Shown here piece after piece: positions 14,851 to 28,518 of a stretch of 64,000 bases of DNA (position 1 is its first letter; every line of letters begins with the position of its first letter). The translations under genes were made by a program, and so were the position numbers. This DNA comes from Lama glama (lineage: Eukaryota). The stretch lies in assembly GCA_028534125.1 (NCBI GenBank), contig CM052818.1, positions 26,352,001 to 26,416,000 on the forward strand, in the 5' to 3' direction. The notes below the pieces were generated by a model. The model saw only the letters and a program-made list of their open reading frames with translations, was not told the origin of the DNA and did no database searches.

Positions 14851-17800
14851 GACTAAAATAGGGCAAAGACTGACATAGAGATGCATATTCCACCAAAGCC
14901 ATCTCCTTTTTTCTCTGCAGGATTGCCTTTTTCTTATTTTACTCTAATGGAGTAACATATAGCTTCCCTACAAGACTCTTTCCCATTAGTCCTCAGACCT
15001 CATGGCCTTCCTGGGTCATACCCTATCCCTCATCAGTGAGAATCTGTAGCTAATCTGTGAGTCCACTAGTTACACCTAGTTAGAGTTAAGTTACATAAGC
15101 TTTAGTAGTATAGTTTTTTCTTTAACACCCTTCTCTAAAATTGAGCTTGTTCTATCCAAAGCCATTCAAAATCATCTTCTGCCAAAATCATCTTCTGTCT
15201 GTCACATTATAAATCCCTAACCTTCTAAATCTACATTCTCTAAATCCTTTTATTAGTTCCCATTTCCTTGTCAGATTTTACCTCTCATCCTCAGATAATT
15301 CTGACTTCTTCCAACCCCTCTGCTCCCATCTTTTTTTGTTCCTGGAATTTCTCTTCCTTGCTCTTTTTCTACTCCACATTTGCACTTTTTTTTTTCAAGC
15401 CACTTGACCTCTCTCGAGAATACCTTCTCACTCCTCAACTGATAAACCAGCTCTCTCAGCTATTAAAATACAGGAAATTTCCCAACCACCCCTACATTCT
15501 TTACAGTCAATAGTGACAGACTTATTACTGCTGTCAGGAGACAGTTCTACAGGGCTCAAAATAAACATTACTTAATTGATCAGGGCCTTGAAGAAATGGC
15601 ATAATATATGCATTACTTCAGCCACCTTATGAACTAGAAATGTACTCCAGCAACATTATTAATTAAATAGGCTTTGTGGGATAACCCAAGAATTTAACCA
15701 CCATTTGTAACATTATTTGTTTGGGAAAATGAGGCCTCCATTTTCAATAACCACAAACAAACTTTTGAAACATGACTGGTTCACACCTAGCATCTGTAGA
15801 CATTTTTGTAATTTCACATCCATGTGCAAGCTTCATCGGATGCAGGATGCAGCAGCTTTTTTCATTTCAAAGTCTTGGAGAGAATCAGAAGAATGCATTG
15901 CTGCAACCCAGAGGAAGCCTACTTGCTGACAACAATAATAATAAAACACTTACTTCTGTATATTTTTTACCTTTTATCATATCTAATTTTCAAAACCATC
16001 CTTAAGATTTTTAGAGCGAAAAATGCAGATTTGGGCAAAGAGCAAACTATTAAGAGACAAAAGACCTAGTTTTTAAAGGCCGGACTCAACCGTGTACTAC
16101 ACATCTACTTGGCCACGTCACTTAATCCTTCTGAACCACAGTTTCCTTAACAGTAAAGCAACAGTAGTAACAATAAGAATATTCTCCCTAATACGTATTA
16201 TGGTTCTTCAGTAAGACACAGCATCAGGATAAATTGTGAGAAGGGGTGGAGCCGCTGAGACAGGTGGAGGCTAGGGTGACCACAGAAATTGAAACAAGCA
16301 GGTAGGGCATGGCAACCAAGGGAAAGAAGCAACACCCGGACATAACGTAGGTAAACACCAGGTTAGAGGGCAGAAGTGGCAGGATGTCCTCACTTGTGGT
16401 CAAAACCTGGTGAACAAAATTGAGTAGGTGGTGAATACACCATCCCAGTATTTCATGGAGATCTTTACCAGAGCAAGGTTCCATCCCTTGGGAAGAGAAC
16501 CCAGCAGTTAAAATTAGAGATAGACTAAACTCCCAAAATGTGAATCCAAGGGAAGCCCAGTTCTATGAAATGAGGGGGACAGAGGACACTGGGAAACAGG
16601 TGGCAAACTATCATGACACTGTAGAGTGGCTTAACCAGGATTCAAGGCAAATAAAGGATTCTAATGATCATCCCTGAGACACCACGGCCAGCAGCAAAAG
16701 AACCTTGGAACATGACACTGAAGCTCACACATTGTCAGGACAAAGTAGAGAGGTTATAGGAATCCACACTGAATGGGCAGGCGGTGGTTTGACAAAAAAA
16801 CATTTTCCGGTAGAATTAAGGTTGACCTATCCATTACTTCCGTGGGTTGGGGCTCTGTGTGCTTGGCGGGGCATTCAGTCTCAGAGCAGGTAGGTCCCTA
16901 CAGCTGCCTTGTGGCTTCAGGCCTCTTTGTTCCCGACAATTACTCTGTAAATGCTGGGTGCCAGGACGCTGTGGGGGTGAGGTGGATCGGCACCACAGCT
17001 GATGCTCGCCAAGTATCAGAAAGGTGCAATGGCAGAGGACTGAATAATGAATGCAACAAGTTAAAGTCTGCAAACAGGAAAGGAGGACTCAGACACAGGA
17101 GCTTTTTGTATAAAGAAGAGTCTGTACTTTTTCTCTCGAGGAGGAACTTTAAGGAAGGTGTCTCATCCCTACAGACTTAGTCCTCTGCTTTCTGCACTTT
17201 GGAAGATAGAATGCAGCCCTCTGAGTGCGTTTTAAGAGCTGTGTAGGAAAAAACAAACAAGCTCAGAAGAATTCAATAAAAGATGAGAAGCCAACTGTCA
17301 GCAAATTCAGGATTGCTATCTGAAGCCAGTCAAAAGTAGTAAACAAAAAATGTGTTAGGCAGAGTTAATCACTTAGTTAATATTTTAACATCCATTTGAA
17401 AGTGACTGATGTATCAGTTGTGATCTATCTCCTTTGCAACACATTTAAGGAGGAGAGTAACATAGGGTGGAATCCAAGGTGTTACTATCTGGCTTACAGG
17501 TGATTACGTGAGGAATGCAGACTAGACAGGTGAGGTCTGCCCTTGAGCCCTGCAAACCTGTGTGTGAGCCTCATAGTCCCCATCATGGGGAGAGGCATGT
17601 GGACATGTCTTTCCCAGGCACTTATCCCCAGCAAAGGGACCTTCACATTTCCTAATTAGGTTATATTCAATGTTCATAGGCTGATGATGGATGAGATGTA
17701 GTGTAATCACAACCAGTATTATTCATGTTCCAGGAATGTGCAGCCAAGGCCACTTTCCTCACTCCAGCAGGAAACAATGGTATAATTGACAGGTAGGCTT

Positions 17801-19389
17801 TTTACATTTCAGATTCTGGTCTGGGTTTATTCCTTCTGTTTGGTCATGATTGCAGAACAGGTATCCAGAGAGGAGAAATAAATGTGCTGTACATTCCATT
17901 TCCTTATTGCTTGAACTCACTGAGTCATATAAAGACTGGCATAGCCTGTCCAGAAATGGGACCAACTGGGGCAGCCTCTGCATCTGCCTTGAGATGTTTG
18001 GTTGCCTAGAGGCCCAAGTAACCACAGAAAGGGCAATTACCTTAATCAACAGGTACCATGCCAGGCATTGTGTTAAATAAAAGGTGAAGATAAGCTGCCT
18101 ATTCTGAAATGGCTAGCAATCAGGTGAAAAAGCCAGACCAAACATGCCAGCAACTAAAGCAAGTCAGACATAACTCAGGACTGCGATAAAGGGAAAAAAT
18201 CTTAATGACTCACCGGAGCAGAGGAAGATTAACTCTGACTAATGGGGGGAGGGCTACCAAAGGGAAGTCTCGAAGGATGAGTGAGAGTACATGAAGGAGG
18301 CATGCGGTACATTCCAGGAGATAAGAAATGAAACAGAGTCATGGGCAAGGAGCTATAATAACACAGAGGAGGGACAGTGGCCCAGCCGTCAGGACCCCAG
18401 AGCACTTGACAGAGGCAGTGGGCCCTGAAGGACAGGGAGGTGGGAGTCAGATGGAGGGCAGGGGGAGGGGCATTCTAGAAAGAAGAGGCATGGCAGTTTT
18501 GAATACTACAAGGAACTCTGTATGTTTGGAACCTGAGGAGAGTTTACAAGATGAGGTTAGAGAAATAGGCAAGGGCCTGGGCAAGAAAGAAGTTTTTTTT
18601 AGCCAACTATGTACTTTGTATTTTACTCTGATGGCTATGAGAAGCCACATGAGATGGTCTGATCTACCTGACATGACGAACTGGTTATGGGGAGTGAGCA
18701 GAGGTGGTGCCAGGGTCAGTATTTACATCGAAAGTCCTTTAAGCACTTGCTGTGCAAAGAGGCACTTTCTCTGTCTTGCTCTTTCTCAGCACAGCTGTGG
18801 CCTCCAGAGGCCTTCAGAGAGGGCTTCCGAGCTGCCTGTCTTCCTAGAAACGTGGGCACTAGGGCCTATACGACTTATAGGAGACTCCACAGACTACCAG
18901 ACACACACCTGCGAGTGCCGTGAACAGGAGTTCCTTGTCAAAATTTCAAAATATCCACTCACCTGTTTATTGATACTTAGGAGTTCACCAAGATTTCTCT
19001 CAAGTCATCCATTTCCAAACCATGTCCAAAGCCACTGTATAGCAATATAAACTATAAATTTAAAACTTAACTTTTGTCATGGAATTTTCATAGTGTCATT
19101 TCAGTAATGCAAATCAATAGTGCAATCAACCTGTATTATCAGAATGGAAAAAAACACAGAATCCTATACTTTTGTACACATAGAAACCTCTTTTTTTGCT
19201 AGTCTAATAGTTTACTTCCAATTTTCTGAGAGAAAGATTTTCAGCTCTTTATGAATAAACTTTATTCATTTGATTATTTAAAAAGTTTAATTTCCAAGCT
19301 CCAAATGAGAGAATGAGTTAAAGACAGAAGCCAGCTGTGAATGAAATAATTAAGCCCAGATCCTCTATCCAGCATTTTTTAAAAAATAA

Positions 19390-21655
19390 ACCTTTTTATT
19401 TCAAACTAGATCTAGACTTATGGAAAAATTGCGAAGATAGTATAGGGTTCCCATATACTGTTTCCCTGCTATGAACATCTTACTTTAATACCATATATGG
19501 ATGACAATTAATGAACCAATATTGATACATTATTTTTAACTAAAGTCTGAATAAAATATTCAGATTTCTTTTTACTTTTCACCTAATGTTCTTTTCCTGT
19601 TCCAGGATCCCATCCAGCATAGCACGTTAAAGGTAGTTGTTACATCTCCTTAGGCTCTACATCGCTGTGTTTCTAAGACTTTCCTTGTTTTTGATGACTT
19701 TGACAGTTTTGAGGAGTAGTGGTCAAGTATTTTGTAGAATGTCCCTCAGAAATTGTCAGATGTTTTTCTCCTGATTAGACTGTAGCTGTGAGTCTTTTGA
19801 GAAAAAGACCACAGAGGTAAAGTCCATTCTCATCAAACAATGTCAAGGTTACATACTATCAACTTGATCTATGACTGTTGATGCTGATCTTGATCACCTG
19901 GCTGAGGTAGTGTTTGTCAGGCCTCTTCACCGTGAAAGTACTTTCCCCTACCATTTCATATTGTATTCTCTGAAAGGAAGTGACTACATGCAGGCCACAA
20001 TTAAGGAGAGGGAAGTTAAATTCTACCTCTTTCACAGAGAAATAAATTTAAGTGAATTATTTGGAATTCGTCTGTAGGAGAGATTTGTCTGTTGTCCTCT
20101 ATTTACTTATTTATTTATCATTTAGTTATTATCAGTATGGACTCATGGATATATATTTTATGCTTTGGCTTAAAACCCAACACTGTTTTGTTGCTTAAAT
20201 GGTTCCAGCTTCAGCCATTGAGAGCTCTTTCGGTTGGGTCCTGTGTCCCTTCAAATACTCCAGTCACTGTGGGCTTCTCTTGAGCCCTTCCTTACTTTCT
20301 GAACTATAAGATGCTCCAAGCTCATCTTCTGTGTTTCCTGCCCTGGTCCTAGAATCAGGGATTTCTCCCAGAAGCCCTGGTTCTTTTATGGAAGACTGGT
20401 TTTAGAGACCACATCTGGGTGTGTTGGGAGCTACTGGGGTGTTGTCACTTCTAGGTCCTCTCAGCCAACAGAGAAAGAATTTATGTGTATGTACAGTAAC
20501 ACATGAATATACATATATATCTATAAATATTTTTATATCTAACCATCTGTGTCTACATTAAGCTAAATATGGGTTCATATTGATATCTCCAACTCTAACC
20601 CAGTACCACATGGATGATCCTAGCCTTCTCCCTTTGCTTTCTAGATCCTCTCGCCTACAGCAAGAAACCTGGCTCTCACGCTCAGCCATCCATTACTTTA
20701 CTGCTCAATTCCAGTGCACTGTAGAGCACTCACATAATTGTTAACCCATATCCTTGTAGAAAATGACTTGACAAACTACAGTGCTTATGTACAATTCCTT
20801 TTGCCTTTAACTTTATTACAGATTCCACTTATTTCAAAATGTACTTAGGTCAGCACTCTTCCCCCACCCCCTTCAGTGAGATTGTTCAGGCATTTATAAT
20901 ACAGTAAGATTCTTTTGTCATATTTTGCATTCCATCCCAGGATCCTACAACCTCCTAAATGATTTTTAAAATTTGCATAATTAAGGTTCATCTTTTGTGC
21001 TGTAAAATCTATGGATTTTGACAAGTGCAGAGTTTCATGCATCTACCATTTTTACAGCATCATAAAAATAGTTTCACCACCCTGAAAAATCCCCAGTGCT
21101 GTACCTATTCAACTCTCCTCTCACTACGAGTCCCTGGGAACCAATAATCTATCCACCATCTCTGTAAGAGTTTTGCGTTTTCCAAGATGTCATGAGTGGA
21201 ATTATACAGTATGTAGCCTTTTAAGACTAGCCTCTTTCACTTAGCAACATACATTTAAGATTCATCTGTCTTTGTATGGTTTGATTGCTTTTTCTGTTGC
21301 ATGACTATATAACTGTTTCTCCATTCACCTATTGAAGGTTGCTTCTACTTTTTCACATTTATGAATAAAACTGCCATAAACAATTCACATGCTGGTTTTT
21401 GTATGGACATAAGTTTTTCAACTCAGTTGGGTAAATATGTAGGAGTGTGATTGCTAGATCCTATGGTAAAACTATGTTTAACTATGTGAGAAACTGCCAA
21501 ACCATTTGCCAAAGTGGCTGTTACCATTTTGAAGTCACACCAGCAATGAATGAGAGATCCTGTTGCTCCATATCCTTGCCAGCAAATGGTATTGTCAATT
21601 TTTTTGCTTTTAGCCATTCTAATAGATGAATCATAGTATCTCATTGTTGTTTGAT
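19390..21655 (-). mobile_element. Old L1 (L1MC-like) 3'UTR and ORF2 tail, antisense
   Basis: Minus-strand ORF 21423-21671 translates to an L1 ORF2 C-terminal remnant (TTMRYY...CWQGYGATGSLIHCWCDFK), followed by a long L1MC-type 3'UTR. Confidence 0.8.
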
Positions 21656-21910
21656 TATCTTTTAAAATCATAAAAGCTTGTCAGATGGGGAATAAAAGTT
21701 AAAAACTAAAGAAGAAATCTGAGTCACTGGCATTCAGAACTGTTTTGAAATAGCTCAGGCTACAGGCACCTTTTTTGGAGGTCATGCTTGAAATGGGGTG
21801 TAGAAACCATCAACTTGTTTCCTACATTCAGCTCTAGCTTCTATGTTCTCCATCCTCAAATAAGAGAGTAAAAAAGATGTGTGGGCTAATGCTTTATATA
21901 AAATAAATGA

Positions 21911-23672
21911 TATAATATTAGCAAATAGAATCCAACAACACATAAAAAAGATTATACATCATGACCAAGTGGGGTTCATCCCAGGGACACAAGGGTGGGT
22001 CAACATATGCAAATCAATCAATGTAATACATCACATCAACAAGAGAAAGGACACAGACCACATGATCATCTCAATAGATGCAGAAAAAGCATTTGATAAA
22101 ATTCAACATCCATTTATGATAAAAACTCACCAAAGTGGATATAGAGGGAACATATCTCAACATAATAAAAGCTATCTATGACAAACCTACACCCAGCATA
22201 GTACTCAATGGTGAAAAAATCAAAAGCTTCCCACTAAAATCTGGGACAAGACAAGGCTGCCCACTATCACCACTCCTATCCAACATAGTCTTGGAAGTCC
22301 TAGCCACAGCAGTCAGGCAAGAGGGAGAAATAAAAGGGATCCAAATTGGAAAAGAAGAGGTAAAAGTGTCACTATATGCCGATGACATGTTACTATATAT
22401 AGAAGACCCTAAAAGGTCCACACAAAAACTACTAGAGCTGATCAAAGAATTCAGCAAGGTAGCAATGACAAATGCTGGAGAGGTTGTGGAGAAAGGGGAA
22501 CCCTCCTACACTGCTGGTGGGAATGCAGTTTGGTGCAGCCACTGTGGAAAACAGTATGGAGATTCCTCAAAAGACTAGGAATAGACNNNNNNNNNNNNNN
22601 NNNNNNNNNNNNNNNNNNNNNNNNNNNNNNNNNNNNNNNNNNNNNNNNNNNNNNNNNNNNNNNNNNNNNNNNNNNNNNNNNNNNNNNNNNNNNNNNNNNN
22701 NNNNNNNNNNNNNNNNNNNNNNNNNNNNNNNNNNNNNNNNNNNNNNNNNNNNNNNNNNNNNNNNNNNNNNNNNNNNNNNNNNNNNNNNNNNNNNNNNNNN
22801 NNNNNNNNNNNNNNNNNNNNNNNNNNNNNNNNNNNNNNNNNNNNNNNNNNNNNNNNNNNNNNNNNNNNNNNNNNNNNNNNNNNNNNNNNNNNNNNNNNNN
22901 NNNNNNNNNNNNNNNNNNNNNNNNNNNNNNNNNNNNNNNNNNNNNNNNNNNNNNNNNNNNNNNNNNNNNNNNNNNNNNNNNNNNNNNNNNNNNNNNNNNN
23001 NNNNNNNNNNNNNNNNNNNNNNNNNNNNNNNNNNNNNNNNNNNNNNNNNNNNNNNNNNNNNNNNNNNNNNNNNNNNNNNNNNNNNNCAGGATGACACCTG
23101 CACCCTAATGTTCATAGCAGCACTATTTACAATAGCCAAGACATGGAGACAGTCTAAATGTCCATCAATGGATGACTGGATAAAGAAGATGTGGTATATA
23201 TATACAATGGAATACTACTCAGCCATAAAACCCGACAACATAACGCTATTTGCAGCAACATGAATGCTCCTAGAGAATGTCATTCTAAGTGAAGTAAGCC
23301 AGAAAGAGAAAGAAAAATATCATATGAGATCGCTCATATGTGGAATCTAAAAAAACAAACAAACAAACAAAAAAAGCATAAACACAAAACCGAAATAGAC
23401 TCACAGACATAGAATATAAACTTGTGGTTGCCAAGGGGGCAGGGGGTGGGAAGAGATAGATTGGGATTTCAAAACTGTAGAATAGATAAACAAGATTATA
23501 CTGTATAGCACAGGGAAATATATACAAGATCTTATGGTAGCTCACAGAGAAAAAAATATGACAATGAATATATACATGTTCATGTACAACTGAAAAATTG
23601 TGCTCTACACTGGAATTTGACACAACATTGTAAAATGATTATAAATCAATAAAAAATGTTAAAAAAATAAAC
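21911..23672 (+). mobile_element. Young L1, 5'-truncated and internally deleted, spanning an assembly gap; 12-bp TSD
   Basis: RT motifs ([44 protein letters not shown]), CCHC knuckle ([18 protein letters not shown]), 3'UTR and A-rich tail; TSD taaaataaatga at 21899-21910 and 23673-23684. Confidence 0.93.
22587..23086. other. Assembly gap (500 N)
   Basis: Run of exactly 500 N. Confidence 1.
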
Positions 23673-23854
23673 TAAAATAAATGAGAGAGACAGAGACAGA
23701 AACAGAGATAGAGGGAGGGAAATGCAGGAAGCAACTTCTCAGAACACAGGAGAATATCAATTCCAAACCAAAATGAAAAACATGCTCAATAAGGGAAGAG
23801 GGGGTTGTCATCAGGGTAGAGGGCACAATCCTAGAAACCCTGATGGCTCCTTTT

Positions 23855-24395
23855 TGTAAGGGTACCTGGGATTTGTTTTAATACAGTGTGGTAAGACACA
23901 CAGACATGGAAGAGACTGTCATGAAGGTTTTTATACTCACAGATTCCTAGAAACAGGACCCACAGCACACCATCCAGGACCACATGGGGAAGCACCAGGG
24001 CCCAACAAAAGGAAGAAGGAACAAGAGGAAAACATGACTGAGAGACTGTATCGTGGTTTCCATGGGAAAGGCAAGGCAAGGTAGGGTAAGCAGGTTAAGG
24101 GTCAGCTAGTTTGAGTAATTTTCCATGAGCTCTGGGGTGGGGTGGAGGGTCTCTTGTCTGGTATCTAGTTTTCAGCTGATTAGGGCAGGAGAAATGGTGG
24201 GTTCCCACTGAGAGCCCTTTGTGAACCTGATCTAAAGGAGGTGGGTGGGGTATAGCCTTTGGATTGGTTGATCTGTATATAAAAGACATGTTCTCAGGCA
24301 AGTTGTTTGCTGTCTCTGGGAATTAGTTAACCCTGGGAGGGGCAGTCCCTTCCAGTATCAGCAAAGCATCAGAATAAAAAGACATGCTTAATACA
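23855..24395. mobile_element. ERV-type solo LTR (MER21/MER77-like)
   Basis: TG...CA-bounded ~540 bp segment with recalled MER21-group motifs (gtttttatactcacag, gtttccatgggaaaggcaaggcaagg, gacatgcttaataca). No TSD seen. Confidence 0.55.
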
Positions 24396-25486
24396 CTCCA
24401 CTTTGTGGACTCTCTATTGTTGGGTCTATTTTCGCTGGTGCCGCCTGAGACTGTCCTCAGTCCCTTCCCCCTTGACCTCCTTGCTTCCTGAGGTCTAAGC
24501 AGCTTAAGCCTTTCCTGATGCTTTGGGCAGCCTCTCCTTTGAATCCTAGTAAGACGAAGCTGCTTCTGGTATTGATGGCTCCTGCGCATCTGTTTTGTAC
24601 TTCATGCTTTGCAAGGCGTGTCAAGTGCACCTGTTGTGTGGTCCTCATGTGACCCCTTGGAGGCAGTAGATTCTTCTTTTCCTTTTATTCTCATTTAACG
24701 TTTTTCAAATCTTTTCACTTTCCTCAGACTATATATTTACAGCTCTCCCTTAGCCATTTATTATCGTCTGTTTTCCTTTCTCTCTTCTCAGCCTTATGTG
24801 CTATTGTTTCTCCTAGGCCACTTCTGATGCTTCATTCATTCAATACAGATTTACTGCGTGTAGGCTCTGTGACAGGGATTGTGCCCGGTTCCAGGGACAC
24901 AGAGACAAATAAGACTATCCTTGTGGGGTAGAAAAACACTTTGAGGTTTTTTTCTTTTGGGGTTTTGTTTTTTGAGGTTTGATAATGTGCCAGTCAAATG
25001 CATAAGAACTGTTTCACTTAATCTTGATACCCACACCAAGATGAGTTCTATGACAACCTCCCCTGATCACTGCCATTCTTATAGACACAGCACTAAAGCT
25101 TAGAGAGCTTAAGCAGTACCCTAGGGTCACATGGCTAGTGAATGGAGAGCTGTTGGGGTCTGAACACAGGTGTCTGACTCCAGAGCACACACTGTTCACC
25201 CTGAAGCCATGGTCTCCGCAGAGACATAATTTAGAGCACTTTCCCATCTTCATCCTTGCAGGGATGAATCTCTTTTTCCAAACAGATTCAAAATTATTTA
25301 GCAAAAAGTAATAATAATGATAATAAAAACAGCAACTTTGTAGACTTAGAAGCCACTTACTAACTGGATGATCTTGAGAAAATCATTAACTTTTTCTAGG
25401 CTTCTGATTTCTCTATTGTAAGATGGGAGGGCAAGACTACTGATGTTTAAGGTCCCACTAAGCTGATTTTTTTTCTCATGATTCTG

Positions 25487-25710
25487 TTTTGTTTGTTTGT
25501 TTGTCTTTATATATTTTTATTGAAGTATAGTCAGTTTATAATGTGTCAATTTCTGGTGTACAGTACAATATTTTAGTCATATAGGAACAAATATATATTC
25601 ATTTTCATATTCTTTTTCACCATAAGTAACTACAAGATACTGAGTATAGTTTCCTGTGCTATACAGTATAAACTTGTTGTTTATCTATTTTATGTACATT
25701 AGTTAGCATC
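25487..25710 (-). mobile_element. Short L1 3' end, antisense
   Basis: T-rich (TTTG)n tail then tttattgaagtatagtcagtttataatg...cctgtgctatacagta, a reverse-complement relative of the L1 3'UTRs at 13.4 and 23.4 kb. Confidence 0.8.
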
Positions 25711-26221
25711 AGCTCTGATGTTCTTTGAATCAATCAGACATATCTGTGGAGAACTATCTGCTTTGAAGTTGAGAAGGAAAGCCAGGAAAGACCAGGTGCT
25801 CACTTGGTGACGAGAAACACCTCAGAATCTTCTTAGCTAGTGTTTTTCTGTCAATATATGTTTTTCAGTGTTGCAAGCTCAGCTTATTAAAATCATTGTG
25901 TGCTGGCACCAATGGTAAAACAGAAGCAGGCCAATGCATTTTTGAGATTCTTGTGGAATACAAACACCTACTAAGACCAAGGCACCAGCGCCACGCTGGC
26001 TGAACTCACAAGGGAAATCCCGAGGATCCATCCCATCTTGGCACCGTCATGGAGTCCCCTCTGCTGGGTACTCCAAGGCCAACCACAGCCTGGTGACGTG
26101 GCCCCCAACAACCGGCCAACCCAGGCTCCATCTTGTTCTTGAACTCAGCCGTGCTTCCCAGCCTCTGCACATTCCCATGCTGTTCTCACTGCCGAATTAC
26201 CCTCCTTCCCATCTTCAACTT

Positions 26222-26611
26222 TGTATTAGTTTGCTAGGGCTGCTATAAGAAAATACCACAGACTAGGTGGCTTAAACAACAGAAATTTATTTTCTCACAT
26301 TTTAGAGGCTAGAAGTCCAAGGTCAAGGTACAGGTGGGGCTGCTTTCTCCTAAGGTCGCTCTCCTTGTTTTGCAGATGACTGCTTTCCTTCTGTATCATC
26401 AGAGGGCCTTTTCTCTGTGCATGATTCCTGATGTCTTTTCTCTTCTCATAAGGACACCAATCATATTGGATTAGGGTTCACCCATATGACCTCATTTAAC
26501 TTTGATTACCTCCTTAAAGGCCCTGTCTTCAAATACTGTCACATTCTGAGGTACTGGAGGGTTTGGATTTCAACATATGAATTTTGAGGGGACACAATTC
26601 AGTCCATAACA
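26222..26611 (-). mobile_element. MaLR solo LTR (MLT1A/B-like)
   Basis: tgtattagtttgctagggctgctataagaaaataccacagac ... ggggacacaattcagtccataaca. Confidence 0.85.
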
Positions 26612-26864
26612 ACATTGGAATCCCACGCATCCTTTTAATCCCTCCTCATGTGTTTACTCTTCAAGAAGCCTGAAACTTAACCAGTTGGAATTTTCTCCTT
26701 CCTTCTAAAGAGTTTGCTTCAGTCCACCACTTAAGAAAAGGCCCTAATGGAGTGTAATCTCCTTGAACAACAGAACAACATCTTGTTTTATAAACTATGT
26801 CTTATGTTATTATATCTCCTACTTGCATATAGTTTAACACTTTATTCAGAGTAAAAACAAATAT

Positions 26865-27438
26865 TCAGTAGGAGGATGGATAAGTAAACTACAGTACATC
26901 CAGACAATGGAATATTATTTAGTGCTAAAAGGAAAGGGGCTATCAAGCCATGAAAGACATGGAGGAAACTTAAATGTATATTACTAAGTGAAAGAAGCCA
27001 ATTTGAAAAGGCTTCTTACCATACGATTCCAACTATATGACATTTTGGAAAAGGCAAAACTATGGGGATAGTAAAAAGATCAGTGATTGCCAGGAATAAG
27101 GGAGAAGGGAGGGATGAACAGGTAGAGCACCGATCATTCTTAGGGCAGTGAAACTATTCTGCATGATGCTATAGTGGTGGATTCAGGTCATTACATATTT
27201 GTCCACACCCACAGAACGCACACCACCAACAGTGGATGCGAACACAAACTATGGACTTTGGCTGTAATGATGTGTCAATGTATGTTTATCGATCATAGCA
27301 AATGTACTGCTCTGCTGCAGGATGTTGATAGTGGGGGAGGCTGTATCTCGGTGAGGGCGGAGAATATATGAGAACTCTCTGTACTTTCTGCTCAATTTTG
27401 CTGTGAACCTGACTGCTCTAAAAAATAAAGAAAAAAAA
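26865..27438 (+). mobile_element. L1MB-like 3' end
   Basis: ggataagtaaactacagtacatccagacaatggaatatt ... tactaagtgaaagaagccaat ... ctgtgaacct, then aataaa and an A-rich tail. Confidence 0.82.
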
Positions 27439-27704
27439 CCTCAGCAACTATACATTTTTTAATCGAATTAAATTTTCTGCACAACCTCACACATTTGTAA
27501 GTCTGGGTATGACTTCCATCTTTCGGTTTTCCATAAACCCTGCTTCTTTTATAGTGAACTAGGTCATTAGCCTGACAAAGGATAATAAAGCAATTAAGGA
27601 AAAGAATGGTCTCTGAGACTTGGTCATTCTTCCATCTAAATCCTAATACTTCGGTATTTCAAGACAGCATGAACCTCAGAGTAGGCAGCCCACTTCCCAA
27701 ACAA

Positions 27705-28518
27705 TGTTAACTGTACTCCAAGGTGCTATAAAATTTTGATTAGCCAGAATTAGCTATGCTAAAGAACCAGGGCTCTAGTTGACTGGTTCTACAGCTGAGT
27801 GGATCCTCCCTCCCAAGTCTGCCCTCCTTGGAAGAAAACACAATATTCCCTGAGGATGACTGTGTTCACCCATTATTGCCATGACCTGGGTATGTGCTTC
27901 TGGGATCCAATGCTAAAGAAATAAATGTTAGAATCTATTGAAATGTTGTTGCTGGCAAAAGACAAATATCCAGAGAAGATGGGGATCTGAGCTGACAAAG
28001 GAACGATAAGAAGTGCCTTACAGTGGGATAGAAAGTAAGACAGGATGGGACCTGAGACCTGGAACCCTTTGCTGCAGCGCTTGCACCTGGACAAATGTCT
28101 CCTCCTTTGAGTGACAAGATACAAAGAAACTAAAAGGGACTAAAAATAACTGCCTGTATGGGCAGTTGGGGAAAACTGTGAATAACATGATACAAAAAGA
28201 TCAAAAACCCAACTGCCACTTCTGGGGTGTCGGGAGCAAAATCAGGGTCCTAGGCATGATCCCTGCACACAGCACCACCAAGGAACTGGGCAGACCACCT
28301 AAGCCACCTCTCCAGCCCAACCCCTGCACCTGTCTCTACCCTCACCCTGTTTAAGAAACCAGCTTGTGCCTCCTCAGGGAGCAAGCAAAGAAACCTATTA
28401 CTTGTTTTCACTCCCTTGCGCTGCAGCATGAGTCCCAATAAAGCCTTGCCTGAAATTTTTGTCTGGCCTCTTATTAACTTCTATTGATTAGGGAGTCCAA
28501 GAACCCTGGTCAGTAACA
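27705..28518 (+). mobile_element. ERV-like solo LTR (5' boundary uncertain)
   Basis: Imperfect terminal inverted repeat tgttaactg ... cagtaaca; AATAAA at 28437-28442 followed by U5-like gccttgcctgaa...ccaagaaccctggtcagtaaca. Confidence 0.6.

Noticed and set aside
15167..15197. Tandem duplication of caaaatcatcttctg
   Set aside because: Simple two-copy slippage duplication; not an array or CRISPR-like structure.
16210..17060. Possible decayed LTR-like segment and 135-aa ORF
   Set aside because: Could not define termini, TSD or family by eye, and the ORF has no recognisable features.
17591..17610. p53-like AGGCATGTGGACATGTCT
   Set aside because: The half-sites overlap by 2 nt (wrong register), leaving only one proper half-site.
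18328..19050. 240-aa ORF
   Set aside because: No recognisable motif, lies over L2-like purine-rich decayed sequence, and has no promoter or splice support.
21879..22578. Reverse transcriptase-like ORFs as a possible novel RT system
   Set aside because: Frameshifted, truncated LINE-1 ORF2 fragments bounded by a TSD and followed by an L1 3'UTR.
22472..23263. 190-263 aa ORFs containing X runs
   Set aside because: Artefacts of translating through the N gap in an L1.
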